Below, in pieces: positions 33,891 to 57,716 of a DNA stretch of 64,000 nt. The translations under genes were made by a program, and so were the position numbers. The stretch lies in NCBI RefSeq assembly GCF_009914755.1, contig NC_060926.1; one strand, 5' to 3'. The stretch's first letter is position 1. Each line of letters starts with the position of its first letter. The notes beneath the pieces were generated by a model. That model ran no database searches and was not told where the DNA came from. It saw only the letters and a list, made by a program, of their open reading frames with translations. This DNA is from the human T2T-CHM13v2.0 reference genome, Homo sapiens.

Positions 33891-34015
33891 TTCTTGTTTG
33901 TTTGTTTATGTTGCTATGTTGCCCAGGCTGTTCTCAAACTCCTGAGCCTGAAGCAATCCTCCTGCTTCAGCCTCCTGAATAGCTGGGATTATAGGTCTAT
34001 GCCACTGTGTTCAGC
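33891..34015 (-). mobile_element. Alu monomer (FLAM-like)
   Basis: GTTGCCCAGGCTG..CTCCTGAGCCTGAAGCAATCCTCC; TSD TCTGCCCYTTGTAG. Confidence 0.75.
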
Positions 34016-35264
34016 TCTGCCCTTTGTAGTTTTAATTGAGAATATTATTTCATTTTCTCTCCTTTCTTAGCATATTAGTTATACGTCTTCACTTTTTTTT
34101 TAGTGGTTGCCCTTGAGTTTGCAATACACATTTACAACTAATCCAGCTCCACTTTCATATAACACTATATTATTTCATGGGTAGTACACATATCTCATAA
34201 TAAGAAAATAATTCTAATCCCTCACTCCCATTTCTTGTATCATGCTGTCATTAATTTCATTTACATATAGCTTACATAAGTGTGTGTATGTGTGTGTATA
34301 TGTATATATATATATCTTCAAATACATTGTTGCTATTATTTTTTGAACAAACTTGTTAGATCAAATAAGAAAAGTAAAAGTTTTTATTCTATCTTTTCTT
34401 ATTAATTATCTGATGCTCTTCCTTTCTTTACATAAATCTGAGTTTCTGATATATAATTTTCCTTTTCTGAAGAACTTCCTTTAACACTTCTTTCAAGGCA
34501 GGTCTACTGGCAACAGATTGCCTCAATTTTTGTCTGATAAACGTTTTTTTTTTTCTCCTTCATTTTTAAAGGATAATTTTGCAGGATATAGAATTCTAGG
34601 TTGGTGGATTTTTTTTCTCTCAACACGTTAAATATTTTACTTCACACTCTTGTTGCTTGTATTGTTTCTGAAGAGAAGCTGGATGTAATGCTTATCTTTG
34701 CTATCTATAGGTTTTCCCTTTGGCTTCTTCCAAGATTTTTGTCTTTATTTTTGCTTTTCTCAAGTTTAAATATGATATGCCTAGGTGTCTGTATTTTATA
34801 TTTTGGCATTTATTCTTCTTTAACCTCCCTGGATCTGTGGTTTGGTGTCCGATAATAACTAGGGGAAATACTCAGTCATTATTGCTTCAAATACTGCCTA
34901 TGTTCCTTTCTTTGTTCTCCTTCTGGTATTCTCATTAAGTGTATTTACAACTTTTGTAGTTGTCTCACCACTCTGGACTATTATATTTTTATACATCTTT
35001 TTTCTATTTGTGTTTTGGTTTCAAAAGTTTCTAATGTTATATCCTCAAGCTCAGAGGTTCCTTCCTCATCTGTGCCCAGTCTAATAAGGAACCTATGAAA
35101 GGCAAACTTCATTTCTTTTGGTGTTTTGATATCTAACATTTAAAAAATTCTTTTTTTAGAATTTCAATTTCTTTGCTTTACATTATTCTTCTATTCTTAC
35201 ATGTTGTCTCCTTTTTATTTTAAAGCCGTTATTAATCATAGTTTTAAAAAAATTCCTTGTCTGA

Positions 35265-39470
<4,206 letters not shown>

Positions 39471-40360
39471 AAAAATTCCTTGCCTGATAATTCTCACATC
39501 ATGGCCATCTATGACTCTGGTTTCTTGCTTGTTCAGTCTTTTCAAACTGTGTTTTTTGCCTTTTAGTGTGCTTTGTAATTTTTTGTTGAAAGGTAGGCAT
39601 GATGCGCTGGATAAAAGGAACTGTGGTAGATGGGCCTTTAGTTAATATGGTGGTGAGGTATGGGAGAAGGGGAATTGTTCTGTAGCCCTGTGATTAGGTC
39701 TCAGCTATTTTTTAGCCTCTGTGCCTGGACTGTAAACTTCACTAGTGCTTCTCAGTCCTACTTCCCCCTTAGGTGGGGCGGGATGGCTACAGGGACTGGA
39801 GGTAGATATTTCCCTTCCTCCAGGTAGATTGGGCTCTGATAAAAGCCCTCAGGTTAGGCTCTGGTAAGTTAATTCTCATGATAGTAAGCCATATTAAGAA
39901 CAGAATGGTTTGGCATAGTTCAAAATGGATTCTTTTCCCTTCCCCTTGCCAAAAGCACAAGGTGACTTTTCTCCAGTATTCACTGTGAGGACCTGATAGA
40001 GACCCTGGAGATAATAAAACATAAAAAGGTACACGTCTACCCTCTACCCCCTTCCATGACTAAGTCTTCCTGGATTTTTTAACTGTTAGATTTTTCCACA
40101 CTGAGCCTCCAGCAATTTGTCAATTAGAGCTTATGTTTTCTTACCCCAGCACTGCTTCCTGCAGAAGTTTCTGGTTGTGGGTTTTTGCTCTAGTAAGCTG
40201 TGATGCTCTATATTCACCTGACCATTTTTGGAGCAGCATTTAGCCCTGTGAGCTCACTTCTCTGACAAATCTAAGAGGAGTTGTTGTCTTTCTGGTTTGT
40301 TCAGCTTCTTCCTTGTTTTTCTGTTTTATTTTTTAATTCCATTATTTTCTTTGTTCCAAG

Positions 40361-40696
40361 GTAAAGGAAGCACCTGATGAGGCTGAAGTGGTGTTCACGG
40401 CACATTGCAAAGCAACGGTGTCCTTCCAGGTGAGCGGGGACTCCTGGCGGGAGCAGAAGGAGAGGCGAGCAGCCATGATGGTGGGAATTCTGATTGGCGT
40501 GTTTGTGCTGTGCTGGATCCCCTTCTTCCTGACGGAACTCATCAGCCCACTCTGTGCCTGCAGCCTGCCCCCCATCTGGAAAAGCATATTTCTGTGGCTT
40601 GGCTACTCCAATTCTTTCTTCAACCCCCTGATTTACACAGCTTTTAACAAGAACTACAACAATGCCTTCAAGAGCCTCTTTACTAAGCAGAGATGA
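40361..40696 (+). pseudogene. HTR5BP: Exon 2 of the 5-hydroxytryptamine receptor 5B pseudogene (end of ICL3, TM6, TM7, C-tail)
   Basis: Pyrimidine tract plus AG acceptor at 40359-40360, phase 0. Translation [80 protein letters not shown] has class A GPCR CWxP and NPxxY motifs and matches the recalled rodent Htr5b C-terminus. Human HTR5B is an established pseudogene next to CCDC93. Confidence 0.93.
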
Positions 40697-42404
40697 ACAC
40701 AGGGGTTAGAGAGACATGGGTAGATTTTAAGGAGGAAGGAACTTGGACTTTTTCGTCAGTGATCTGAGATTCTTCCCTCCACAGCTGAGTGCTAATGCTG
40801 TATTGAGAGTTATACCATTGGGCCTGGACTGTAGAAGCAGCAGAGCCAAGGTTCTCAAGAAAGACAGCAAAGGTCTGGCAGATGTTGTAACTATGCCTTC
40901 TTCCCATGTGCATGGCAGACATTGCCAATTGGTCATGGCTTGGCTCCCCACTGAGCAGGAACTTGGTCTCAGAATCCTTTCCAGGACAGCACCCTAGGCA
41001 GCTACTGTTGATTATTTAAAATTGATGCAAGACTTGAAGCTGATTTGTTTTTCCTTTGTCAATAGTTTATTCCTCAGAAGGGGGATTCTCTGCACAGGGC
41101 CCCAGTGATCTGTTTGGTGGCCCACTCAGGAGACTTTCTCCTTTGTGAAAGAGCCCTCTCTACATCCTTTATTCACCGTACTTAGCTTATCTTCCTCAGC
41201 CTCTTACGCTTCCCCAACAGGATAGTGTATCCCAATTTGTGAGAAGATGAGGATGCCTGAAGTTTTGTCTTAAAAAAAAGGTGTTCAGTGCAAACCATAC
41301 CTACTGAATCAGGCTCTCAAAGAAGAGGTCTGGTAATCCATCTCTTCAGTTGTCTAGATGGCTTTCTTTTCATCAGTGAGAGATACTTCTGGATATTCAG
41401 GTTGCTCTTTAGGCCAACTAAATTAGTATTTCTGGGAGGTGAAACCCCAGGCAACAGTGTTTTTTAAAGCTTGCCAGGCAATTCATTTCTAGGCTCAGAA
41501 TCATTCTTATGGTATACACACACCTGCATATGACACTGAGATGGGAAAAAATGATGCCTATTGTAGGATTCAAAACCAAAAACCCCTCACCCCCACCCAA
41601 AACTGCCATAGTGACTCATGGCCTTCCAGAAAATGTTAAATGTGGCCCAGATGTATAGGAATCCAAAGGATGGACTACATCATCTTGGCCACAGTCTACC
41701 TGATTTTGGAAGCAGAATAGCTGTCTATTGATTAGGCTTTTTAATTTGCAAAAAAGGGTCTGCTCCACCATTGTTTCATTTGATGTCTGAGTTATATAGA
41801 TATTCTTCACCCTTACACTAAAGAGTACCAGTATTTTAAGGTTTATTAGAGAATACAGGCCCACAGTCCCTTTTCCAAAGCCTTTGGGACCAGATGTGTT
41901 TCAGAATCCAGAATTACTTTTTGGGTTTAAAAAGCCATATATAGTATGTAGACATGTATGGTATAGTCCGTAAGTTAGAAAACACCCTTGACTGGGTCTA
42001 GGACAGCAGCATGTAATCAGTAATTTGAGTATTTCTGCAGTAAGATGTATGAATATATACATTGTGAGAAAAGGACTAGAAATAGCCTCATATTAGTGCA
42101 GGTCATTTGAGTCAGATCAATTGTGTTGTAAAATGAGTTACACACACTTGTTTTCTCAACTCTGTATTTTCGCAATTGTGGATCATGGACCAGTATAACC
42201 GCAAGCCATATACAGTTCAGCCCTGATAGGTGCCAACCCTACTAAATGGAGGAATTCTGAAGAGAGTCTGGGAAGAATATATGGTCCAACCATTCCATTG
42301 TTGCTAGAGATTGGACATCATGAAGGTAATTAGTATGGTACCCTGGATGGCCTTCTTGGAGTTGTGTTTTGGAATTCTGTTCTTTTCATTGGAAGATACA
42401 GGAA

Positions 42405-42410
<6 letters not shown>

Positions 42411-42452
<42 letters not shown>

Positions 42453-42480
42453 CATACACACACACATATATATATATATA
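42411..42480. repeat. (TA)n/(CA)n microsatellite replacing the L1 poly-A tail
   Basis: TATATA..CACACA..TATATA directly abutting the L1 3' end (CTTTAAGTTCTAGGGTAC). Confidence 0.9.
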
Positions 42481-45326
<2,846 letters not shown>

Positions 45327-46934
45327 CTTATAAAACTCATCAGTGCATTTCATATAAGGATGCAGTTAATTATCCTATTGCATTCTTTGTGAAGACATGT
45401 TTTCTTTTCATGATAATGAGGATTATTAATTGACTGTGTTTATGTTTTCATTTTGAGGAAGAAGAAGCACAGAACCAAATTGTTGGCTTAACTCTGGAAT
45501 TTATATAAAACCCAGTAGCCTGCTTATTTGTGTATAATGTTTCCAGCCAGTCTATAATTCCAATTTTAGATTTCCCTATCCTAGTGTTTTATGTTCAGTT
45601 TATAGTTTACTGTTATTCTGCATGTTTCCTACAAGCCACCTCAAATCTCGTGAATTAAGGCAGGGAAGAAAGTAATAAGCAGGTGACTGACAACCTGTAG
45701 GAGGTGGAACAGGTAAGGTATGTAGTTACGAGTCAAATTATATATTCAGTCATCCATCATTGTTGTCTTTTAAGGGTCAGAGCTCAATCTTGGGTCTACT
45801 GAGGATTTTCCCTCATTGACTGAAAGATAATAGGGGGTATTAATAATCTCCCCACCTCTCCCTTCATAAAATGCACATTCAGGAATACATTTTTAAAAGT
45901 AGTGTTTATTGAGCCCCCATCATGCACAGCTGTTGTACTGGGTTTTATATACAAATGATCACTTACTCCTGCATTCACTCTGTAAGGTAAATATAGTCCT
46001 CACTTAACTATATTCTAAGAGGGTGAGTAGGCTGCCCATGGTCACATAGTGAGTACATAGCAGGCAGGTATTTGGACTCAAGTCTGCCTGTTTCCAAACA
46101 TGAGAAAGATGAAAGGAACCTAATAGAAACCTGACTAGACTCCATGTTTCAACTTTGACTTGCATTTTGCAGCATGAGATCTGCATGAACCTTTGCAGAC
46201 TACACCTGATATAGTGAATCCTCTTGCATGATTCTAGTTGGATTCCAGGAAGAAGGTTTCAAGGAGAGTCTGGGTATCGTTGGGTAGGCACCTATAGAAT
46301 TTTTTGGTTTACTCTTGCTATTGGATAGTGTGCTTTTAATGTTTATTTGGCAGGGGTTTGACTTAACGTGCTCTCATTGTGGAAGCATCTCAGGCAGACG
46401 GAATCACATGTATGTTTAGATTTCCTTAAAAGAAAACTATTTGCTTGCTAAGTTGGTGGCAACTTCTGCTGGACATTTTAGGCTTCAAACTTTTCTTCAG
46501 TTAGTAAAGCCTTCTTCAACTGCTCACAATAATTACAAAATGTTGAATTCCTGAAACGGATCAGTTGATGATTGACTTTACGCAAGGATGCACTTATGAT
46601 TCCTTTTAATTCAGAGTATTCAGAATGGAATTCTATTGACAAAAACACATCTGATTTCCAGTTAACATTCTAGGAACATCCTTGGTAAGTGTAATGTCTC
46701 TGTCCTATCTCTGTCTCCTTTGCCTATAGAACATGACTAAGATGGAGTTGGGAGGCTGTTAGAGGAATTCATCTCTTTCCTGTGTGGATTTATTTTCTAA
46801 GGTATCACAATTTAATTTCACAAAGTTCCAGGTCTGTAGGATGGATGTGGCTAATGGAAGAGTTTTATTAATTTGGTCATGTATAATGTATAAAGTATGC
46901 TACTTTTCTCCCTTTGAATATGCCCTCCATGTTT

Positions 46935-47359
46935 TTTTTTTTTTTTTTTTATTATACTCTAAGTTTTAGGGTACATGTGCACATTGTGCAGGTTAGTTAC
47001 ATATGTATACATGTGCCATGCTGGTGCGCTGCACCCACTAATGTGTCATCTAGCATTAGGTATATCTCCCAATGCTATCCCTCCCCCCTCCCCCGACCCC
47101 ACCACAGTCCCCAGAGTGTGATATTCCCCTTCCTGTGTCCATGTGATCTCATTGTTCAATTCCCACCTATGAGTGAGAATATGCGGTGTTTGGTTTTTTG
47201 TTCTTGCGATAGTTTACTGAGAATGATGGTTTCCAATTTCATCCATGTCCCTACAAAGGATATGAACTCATCATTTTTTATGGCTGCATAGTATTCCATG
47301 GTGTATATCATCTCACACCAGTTAGAATGGCAATCATTAAAAAGTCAGGAAACAACAGG
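46935..47359 (-). mobile_element. L1HS-Ta, 5'-truncated with a 5' inversion (copy D)
   Basis: Minus strand reads GCTAGATGACACATTAGTGGG (Ta ACA) and AAAACTTAGAGTATAAT (L1HS G); pure poly-T; inverted piece 47309-47359; TSD TGCCCTCCATGTTT (46921-46934, 47360-47373). Confidence 0.93.
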
Positions 47360-47404
47360 TGCCCTCCATGTTTCTTTAGGCATGTCTGAGGGAATTTATT
47401 TTTT

Positions 47405-50150
<2,746 letters not shown>

Positions 50151-50856
50151 TGTCTGAGGGACTGTGGATTCTTATCATGATGGCTGTGCTCTGTGAGTGT
50201 CTATTCCACATGTAGGTCCCATCCCCAGAGGCTGCTCTTCTGGCCTGTCACCTGAGTGGTGTTGAGAGGTATCTTTTCAACTCCAGGTCACACCCTATCA
50301 TGAAACCAATTTGGTAGTTGACTCAATCAGCGACATTCTCAATAGTCATGTGCAATTACTACGAAGTCTCTGTGACATATAGCAAGTCTTTATTTCTTGC
50401 TTATATGCCTGAGTTGGCTGGGATTTCACTGATCTAGGCAGGGCTCATCTAGGCTTGGCTTCAAGCTTTAGGTTGCGTCTAGGCCTGCTCTGTTTGTCCT
50501 TCATCCTGTCCTTGGGCCAACAGGGTACGTTCTTCTCAAGAGAGAAGGGCAAGAAGGTAAACCCAACCATGCAAGCATACTTTCAAAACTTGTGTCAAGT
50601 CAGCTAACCCATAGGACAAGCAAAAGCCCAGAGTCAAGGGGAAGTACATTCCACCTGCCATGAAAAGGCATCTGCTATGATGGGATGATGGAAAGCAGCA
50701 CTTCAATGCTCAGCATTTTCAAAACAGGAAAAAAAATCAGAGTGTAGTATTAAAAGGCTAAGTATTGTCTTATAAAACTTTCCTTTCAGTTATATTTAAA
50801 TCTGGACTATTTCAGGGGTCTCTTAACTGGGCTCCCTGCTTCTGCCCTCCCTATAG

Positions 50857-51186
<330 letters not shown>

Positions 51187-51216
51187 TAGGGATGCCTATT
51201 AAAATGAAGCCAGATT

Positions 51217-51567
<351 letters not shown>

Positions 51568-52909
51568 TCAAAAACCCTCCAGTGGCTCCCCACACAGGTC
51601 TCCTTCATGTTCCTCAAACTCACCTGCTGGGTATGCTCCTACCTTAGGGCCTTTACACTTGCTATCCCCTGTGCCTGGACTGTTCTTTACACAGGTATCT
51701 ATATACTCACTCCCTCACTAGTCAGTGAGTGAGGCCTTCCTTCACTTCTCAATATAAAATTGCAGCCGCCACCAAACCAGACACTCCTGATACCTTCCGT
51801 GCTTTAATCAGCATGTTGAAATACCACATGACAATATTTACGTATTTCTCGTTTGTGTGTTTTTTCCCACTGGAGAGTAGCTCCAGGAAAGCAGGTTCTC
51901 TTGTCTGCTTTTTTTACTGCTATATTCTCAGGGCCTGACACATAGAAGAAACTCAAGTATTTATTGGTTGAATGCACAAGCTAACAGAGGTTCATTTTTC
52001 TCATGGAACAAGAATATGGAAGCAGGTGGGCCTCAGTGTGGTTGAGAGGCTCATCATGCCTTCAGAGAGCCAAGGCTCTTTCCACCTTTTCCCTCTGCCA
52101 ACCTCAGTGTGTTGTGATGTCTCTTTTCATGGTCTCAAGATGGCTGAAGTTGCTCAAACCCTGTCCCCCCTCCATAACTTATCACAGGAAGAAAGGGTGA
52201 AGCTCTCCTAGTGCATCTCTCACTGATCATCAGGAAAGTCTTTGCCAGAAGTTCAGCAGTCTCCCCAAAACTGGCCATAACTGGGTTAGACATCCATCCG
52301 CAAACCAGCAGTTGGCCAAAAAAAGTGAGATTCCCCTGACTGGAAAAGCTGTCATGTTCCTCTCTTGGGGCTGACACACGGCCACCTCGGAGCTGGACAA
52401 AATCAGAGTTGTGTTGGTTTTTAAAAGAAGGCAGGGGTGGGGAAGGCTCACCCACAGCAGGTTTCTACACAAGATGGGCACGGCTTCTGGAGGATGTTAA
52501 CAGCCCCCCTTGAATCATGACTCAGAGGTATGCCTATCTTTTGTACCCCAAAAGTCAGAGGACCAGGGTTGCACTGTGATTTTTGTAAGATGGACGGAAC
52601 CCTGCAGCAGCCCGTCTGTCCCAGTGATTAGTCACATCACCATCCATTTCCCCATCCCCATCCCTCCCTCTGCCAGCCCAACATGCTCCCAGAGTGTGAG
52701 AAGAGCCAGCCTCTGCTTCACTGCCGCATTCTATTCCACCAGAAAAGGACACCTCCCTTTGCATGGCCCATTGCCTCAAGACCCAAGAAAGAGTCTCACT
52801 ACTTTTGAATCAAAGGCTTTATCTTTAAGAAAGCAGATTTAGAGAATCAGAATTTTCTTCCATTTTGGTTCTATTAAGAAAAGTATACCAAATTAAAAAT
52901 TAAGAACTA

Positions 52910-53470
52910 TTTTTTAATAGATAATACATGTACATGGTACAAAATTCAAAAGGTACAAAAGGTGTACATTGAAAAGTCATTCCCACCCCTCTTCCCAGAG
53001 GCAATTCAGGCTGCCGGGCTGCTAGATATCCTCCCAGAGACATCCTAGGCATATGCAGGTGGACATATGATATACACGTGTATACGTCTGTGTGAAAACA
53101 TATGCACACACATACATCTACACACTTTCTCCATTCCAAACATTAGGATACCATGGGCTTTTTTCCTCACTTAATCATGCATCTTGGGGCCCATTCTATG
53201 GTAGTACACACACACAGGATCCATTGTTTTAAATTTCTACAAACTATTCCATTGTTTAAGCTGGCCATAATGTATTTAACCATTCCCCTGTATTGGTGGC
53301 ACTCTCCAACTTTTTGCTATTACAATGTTTCAACAAAAACTCTTGTACACAAGTACCTTGTACACAGGTACAATTCTTAGGAGTAGCATTGCTAGTTCAA
53401 AGAGCTTACGCATTTGCACTTTTGATAGACACCGTCCAGCTGTCCCCCATGGAGTGCCTACATGTCACAC
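52910..53470 (-). mobile_element. Ancient L1ME-like 3' fragment
   Basis: ATAATACATGTACATGGTACAAAATTCAAAAGGTACAAAAGG 3'-end motif. Confidence 0.55.
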
Positions 53471-56400
53471 TCCTGCCACCACCATATCTAGTGCTGCCAC
53501 CCACAGCCTTGCACTGTGGTCCCACTTCTTGGTTCACATGGCTGAGACATTTCTGCCCATCAAGTTACCTTTAGGTTCATGACACATTTTGAGCCAAAAC
53601 ATACCTTATCTCTAACATTAGTGTAGTTCTTCCCTCTCTTTTTCCCTTCTTAGGGAATAAAAAAAAAATCTGTAAAAGGCAATTCCTTTGAAAGATTCAA
53701 AACCTCTGACACCTTGTTTCATCTCAAACTTCAAGGTTACAGTATAACATACTCTGAGAGAGACCCTCTAAAGTTGTGAAAACTGTTCTCAAACTAAGCA
53801 TCAAGTAGAGGAAAGGTTCAATCTAAATTTTCCTAATAGAGATGCAAAGTTGCAATGTGGAAAAGCCATTTTATCCAACCGGAATTTCCCAGTCAGTCAT
53901 CTACCTTGAGCTAGATGCTGGGGAGAGTGTGGTAAGACAAGCCCTTACTTTTGTTGCGCAGGGCCACTGGACATGGGCAGGCAATGGGGACGGATGTAAG
54001 GCTGGCGTGGAACATCCACGGTATTCCCTGTGTTGTCAAGTATGCTGCAGATCAGCACCAGATTCTCCAGTTTTGCACATTTATTGAGAAGAGGGAATAC
54101 TATTATAGCATTACCTTTTACAATGCATCTTCAGCCTGTAATAGAAGGAATGCTCTGGACTTCATGAAAAGGATCAAGAGAGGGCCTGGGGGATTCTGAA
54201 GATGCACAGAACAAGGCACTTTCCTTGGCAATCCCAACCATGGGGACAGATGATGGCATCCATCCTATGGGGCTCTTTATTGTACTGTTCTGCATTAAGA
54301 TGTTCTTTTACTTTGAGGCCAACACCAGCCATGAGTAAATCATAAAGTGCTTCCTTAAAGTGTTCTTCCTCAATGCATGTTTCAACATCTGCACTTCAGA
54401 ACAAGTGGTCAGGCTCAAAGTAACTGTGCTACTGCTAGATACCTACCTCCCTTTTAGGGTGATCATCAGTCACCTACAGAGTGGGCAAACAAGACCATAT
54501 GAGGCAGCAGAAATATGAGGGCACAGGTTAGAGCCAGGGCTCACTGTCCGGAGTGCCCTTTCAGGCAGGTCTGCTTCGGTCACTAGAGACGTACTGGGGC
54601 CTGACAACATCAACAACGTCACAACCCTGAGGTCTGAGGTCCCGGGCATGGCACTTTGTGAGGTAGTAAAAGGACTGTCTGAAGGTCTTCTCCAGCCTCT
54701 GCTCAAGGTTTCAGGAGGTCCCGAGGGCTCGGTATTGTCAGAGAATGCTTCCCATGCCTGGACCCTGGACCTTCTGGTTGTGCTGATGGACTCAGCGGAC
54801 ACTGGCAGGACCCAGCTATCCTGAAAATATTAAGGGCTACGAGCTAGAACCATTAAAACCATGAACTTCGGACTCTAACAGAGATATGCTTGACAAACTG
54901 GGAATTTGCCCTCTGTTAAAACAACCCTCAGTGTGACTCTGACGACTGTTTAACATTCTGTACCTCCCTCTAGTGGTGTTAGCTAACCCAGTCATCCAAC
55001 AGAGACGGAGCACAGGTCAAAGACATCAACAAATGTCCTAGCATCTCCCCACGCACCTCGTGATCACGCAATCTTGTCCTGCTCACAACAGCTCTGATCG
55101 CGGCTTAAAGCAGAGCAGTCCCATGTACTCCATAAGAAGCAAGAAGTGGGAGGGAGCCCCCAACCCAGAGGCTGGCGGAGATTCCACAGCACTGGGCAGC
55201 CTGCCCGCTAGCAACTCCCTGTGCTGATTGAGCAGGGAGCCTCTCTCTCCTGGGGAAACCTGGTTCCTCCTGAAGCGCATATTTTGAAAAAGTAACTTAA
55301 GGATGTTCTTGCTTCCTTTTAACTCTGGAGAAGCCTGTGGGCTTAGAGCACAATTCCATACTATGTCTAAGCACACAGAGCCATAGCCCTGGGAAGATGA
55401 CCCCTTCTGGTGCTCCAGGTGGCTTCTGAAATGATCAGGGGCCTTGGGGCATCTCCTTACCCTATACGGCTTCACCAAAAAGTCATATAACATCCTAATT
55501 ACTCAGAAAGGCACTGTCCACACTGAGAGTTGTCTGCAGCAAGTGTGAAATTTGAGCTCAAACTGGCTTCTGTAGTCTAATTCAAAGTGTATTCAGGCAA
55601 CAAAAACTGATTTATCCGTAGTAGGCCTTGTCGATAAAAAAAAAAAGGGAATAGAGATCTATGGACACCTCTCTATACCAAAACCAAACCAAATGAAACT
55701 CCTATGAAATACAGCTCAAAATAAATGCCTGCACTTTCAAAAAGAATTACTGGTTGCTTTGGATTCATCATGCCATACTTTCCCCATCAGCACAGAGGTG
55801 GACTCCAGTAACCCCAGAATGTCATCTGCCTCCCTACCACCTTTGGACAAATATCCAAATAACTGCCCCAACTGCTCACAAAGTTCAGTTAGCCAGGGGT
55901 GGGCCTACAAGCTGCTTAACAAGACAACGCAGATGTTTCCCTGACTGAAATAATTTCAAACGCAGTCAAACTTCTGTCTCCTTCCCCTGCCCTCAGAGTG
56001 CCACCTGTTCTTTTGCAATTACTTGCTTCAACTTAGCCCTTCAAAACCCCCACATGACCACGGCTCAGGGACCAGCTGAGGTGGAGCTGCACATGACCCA
56101 AGAAGCGCTCGCAGGTGGCAGTTTCTATTTGCAAGCTGCTGCTTCCGCCTGGCTCAGGTAGGCCTTGCTGGCCCTGGCACTGAAACCAGTGGCTGTTTTT
56201 AATCCAGCACGTGTGTGTGTTTTTAAATCTGTACACATCAGCCCTGCTTAATCACATCCATTAGGGACTAAAAATGAACACATTTCTGTGGCTGCTGAAT
56301 GCCCCACTTGCTTGACATGTTTAAGCTTTTGTGTTACTGTGCAAACCTGCCACCTGGTATGTTTGCAAGATTTATGCAAAATGGAGCACAAACCTACAGA

Positions 56401-57336
56401 ACATGACTGAGTTACCAGACTCCTGAGGACCAGGGCAGCAGGAGCTCCATGTTTGATCTGCACTGGTCATTTCCAAGGATTAAAATCAACCCTCAGCTGC
56501 CCTTCAAGGCCCTCCAAAGCCTAGTCTCAGCCCTACTTCCCAGACGGGTCTCTGAAGCCTCCTGCAGAGACTAGCTTATCCCCTCCTTTCCCAACATGCA
56601 TGCCTTGTACTCCTCTGCACTCTCTTGGGTTTTTAATCATAGTGTATTTTCATTTAAAACAGTCTTCCTATCAACATCCGATTCTCCCTTTAGATAGGGC
56701 TCAAATGCTGCCTCCTCCAGGAAGTTTCCCTGGATCTCTGCAAACCCTACTGCTCTTCCTCCTGACACCCTACTTGCCTTGAGTGCAGGGAACAGTGTCT
56801 ATCTCTCTCCTGGCTCAGACCATGACCCATCTGCAGCGTAGCCTCATCAAATGTGCCTTCAATGAGGGGGATGCACAGCCCCTCTGCATGCTGTGACTCA
56901 CATGAACATTGGGGCAGGGGAAGGTATAATTTTTATTGACGTGTCCTCAGCACAAGGTCTGTTTTCAATTTTCTGAGAAATCAACTTGAGTAACGTATAA
57001 AAATTAAAACAACACTGAACTTTCGTTCCAGTTGCTGTCACCACCAAGCCTGCTGGCTGGCACCTGGAGGAGCTGGGAACAAAAGGTACCATGGCAGGTG
57101 AAAGGCCCAAGTGACCAACACTACATGGGCTGATCATTTCAGCTAAATGCCTTCTGTTTACTGAAAAACATCTTGGATAGCCCAGTTCTGCGGTCAAGTG
57201 TGCTGTATCTGCCTCCCTGGGCCACCTGCTGGGTACTTGTGCAGTAGGAACTGTGTTTTACACGTCTCTGAATCTTCCTCAGTGCTTATTTCTCAGTGGT
57301 TGCTGAACTAATACTTGCTAAACAAATGAATTCTTC

Positions 57337-57342
57337 TTTATT
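57337..57342 (-). terminator. Candidate proximal polyadenylation signal AATAAA
   Basis: TTTATT on + strand, about 320 nt past the CCDC93 stop; others at 56932-56937, 54276-54281, 54080-54085. Confidence 0.4.
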
Positions 57343-57662
57343 CAGAGTCCATACAAATACAGGTACCTTCATAAGCGCAATGTTACTGGAGACATAAAAG
57401 TTGAATCAACAGAGAACAAGTACTCCCTATATTCTTCATAGGATGATGGGTGTTATCCAAGCCACGTGTTTACTGTCTGACTCCATCAACAGCAGCCAAC
57501 AGAGATGAATGGAAGCAAAGAGGAGAAAGAAAACATCCAGGTTGTTGAAATCATCACAACTGCATCTCTCTACTGTCGCTTTCAGAACCATTTCATGATC
57601 TTGTAGGTGATATACGGTGCTTAAAAGTAAAATCAATGACATACAGCCACGGCTGGGGACGT

Positions 57663-57716
57663 TCAGGAGGCCTTCGCTTTCACCTTGGACAGCAGCATCT
57701 CGTTCTTGCGGCCCTC
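57663..57716 (-). CDS. CCDC93: Coding part of the terminal exon of coiled-coil domain-containing protein 93 (CCC/Commander complex subunit)
   Basis: Minus strand: CTCTCTGCTTTCCCTCCAG acceptor, then GAG GGC CGC AAG AAC GAG ATG CTG CTG TCC AAG GTG AAA GCG AAG GCC TCC TGA = EGRKNEMLLSKVKAKAS*, the recalled CCDC93 C-terminus; too short for the ORF track. Confidence 0.9.
   Translation of the reverse strand, partial: EGRKNEMLLSKVKAKAS

Larger units (their letters stand above)
52800..57662 (-). other. CCDC93: CCDC93 3'UTR (distal end uncertain)
   Basis: Repeat-poor sequence following the CCDC93 stop codon on the - strand, with several AATAAA hexamers; a multi-kb UTR is recalled, and the end cannot be fixed from sequence. 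Confidence 0.5.
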
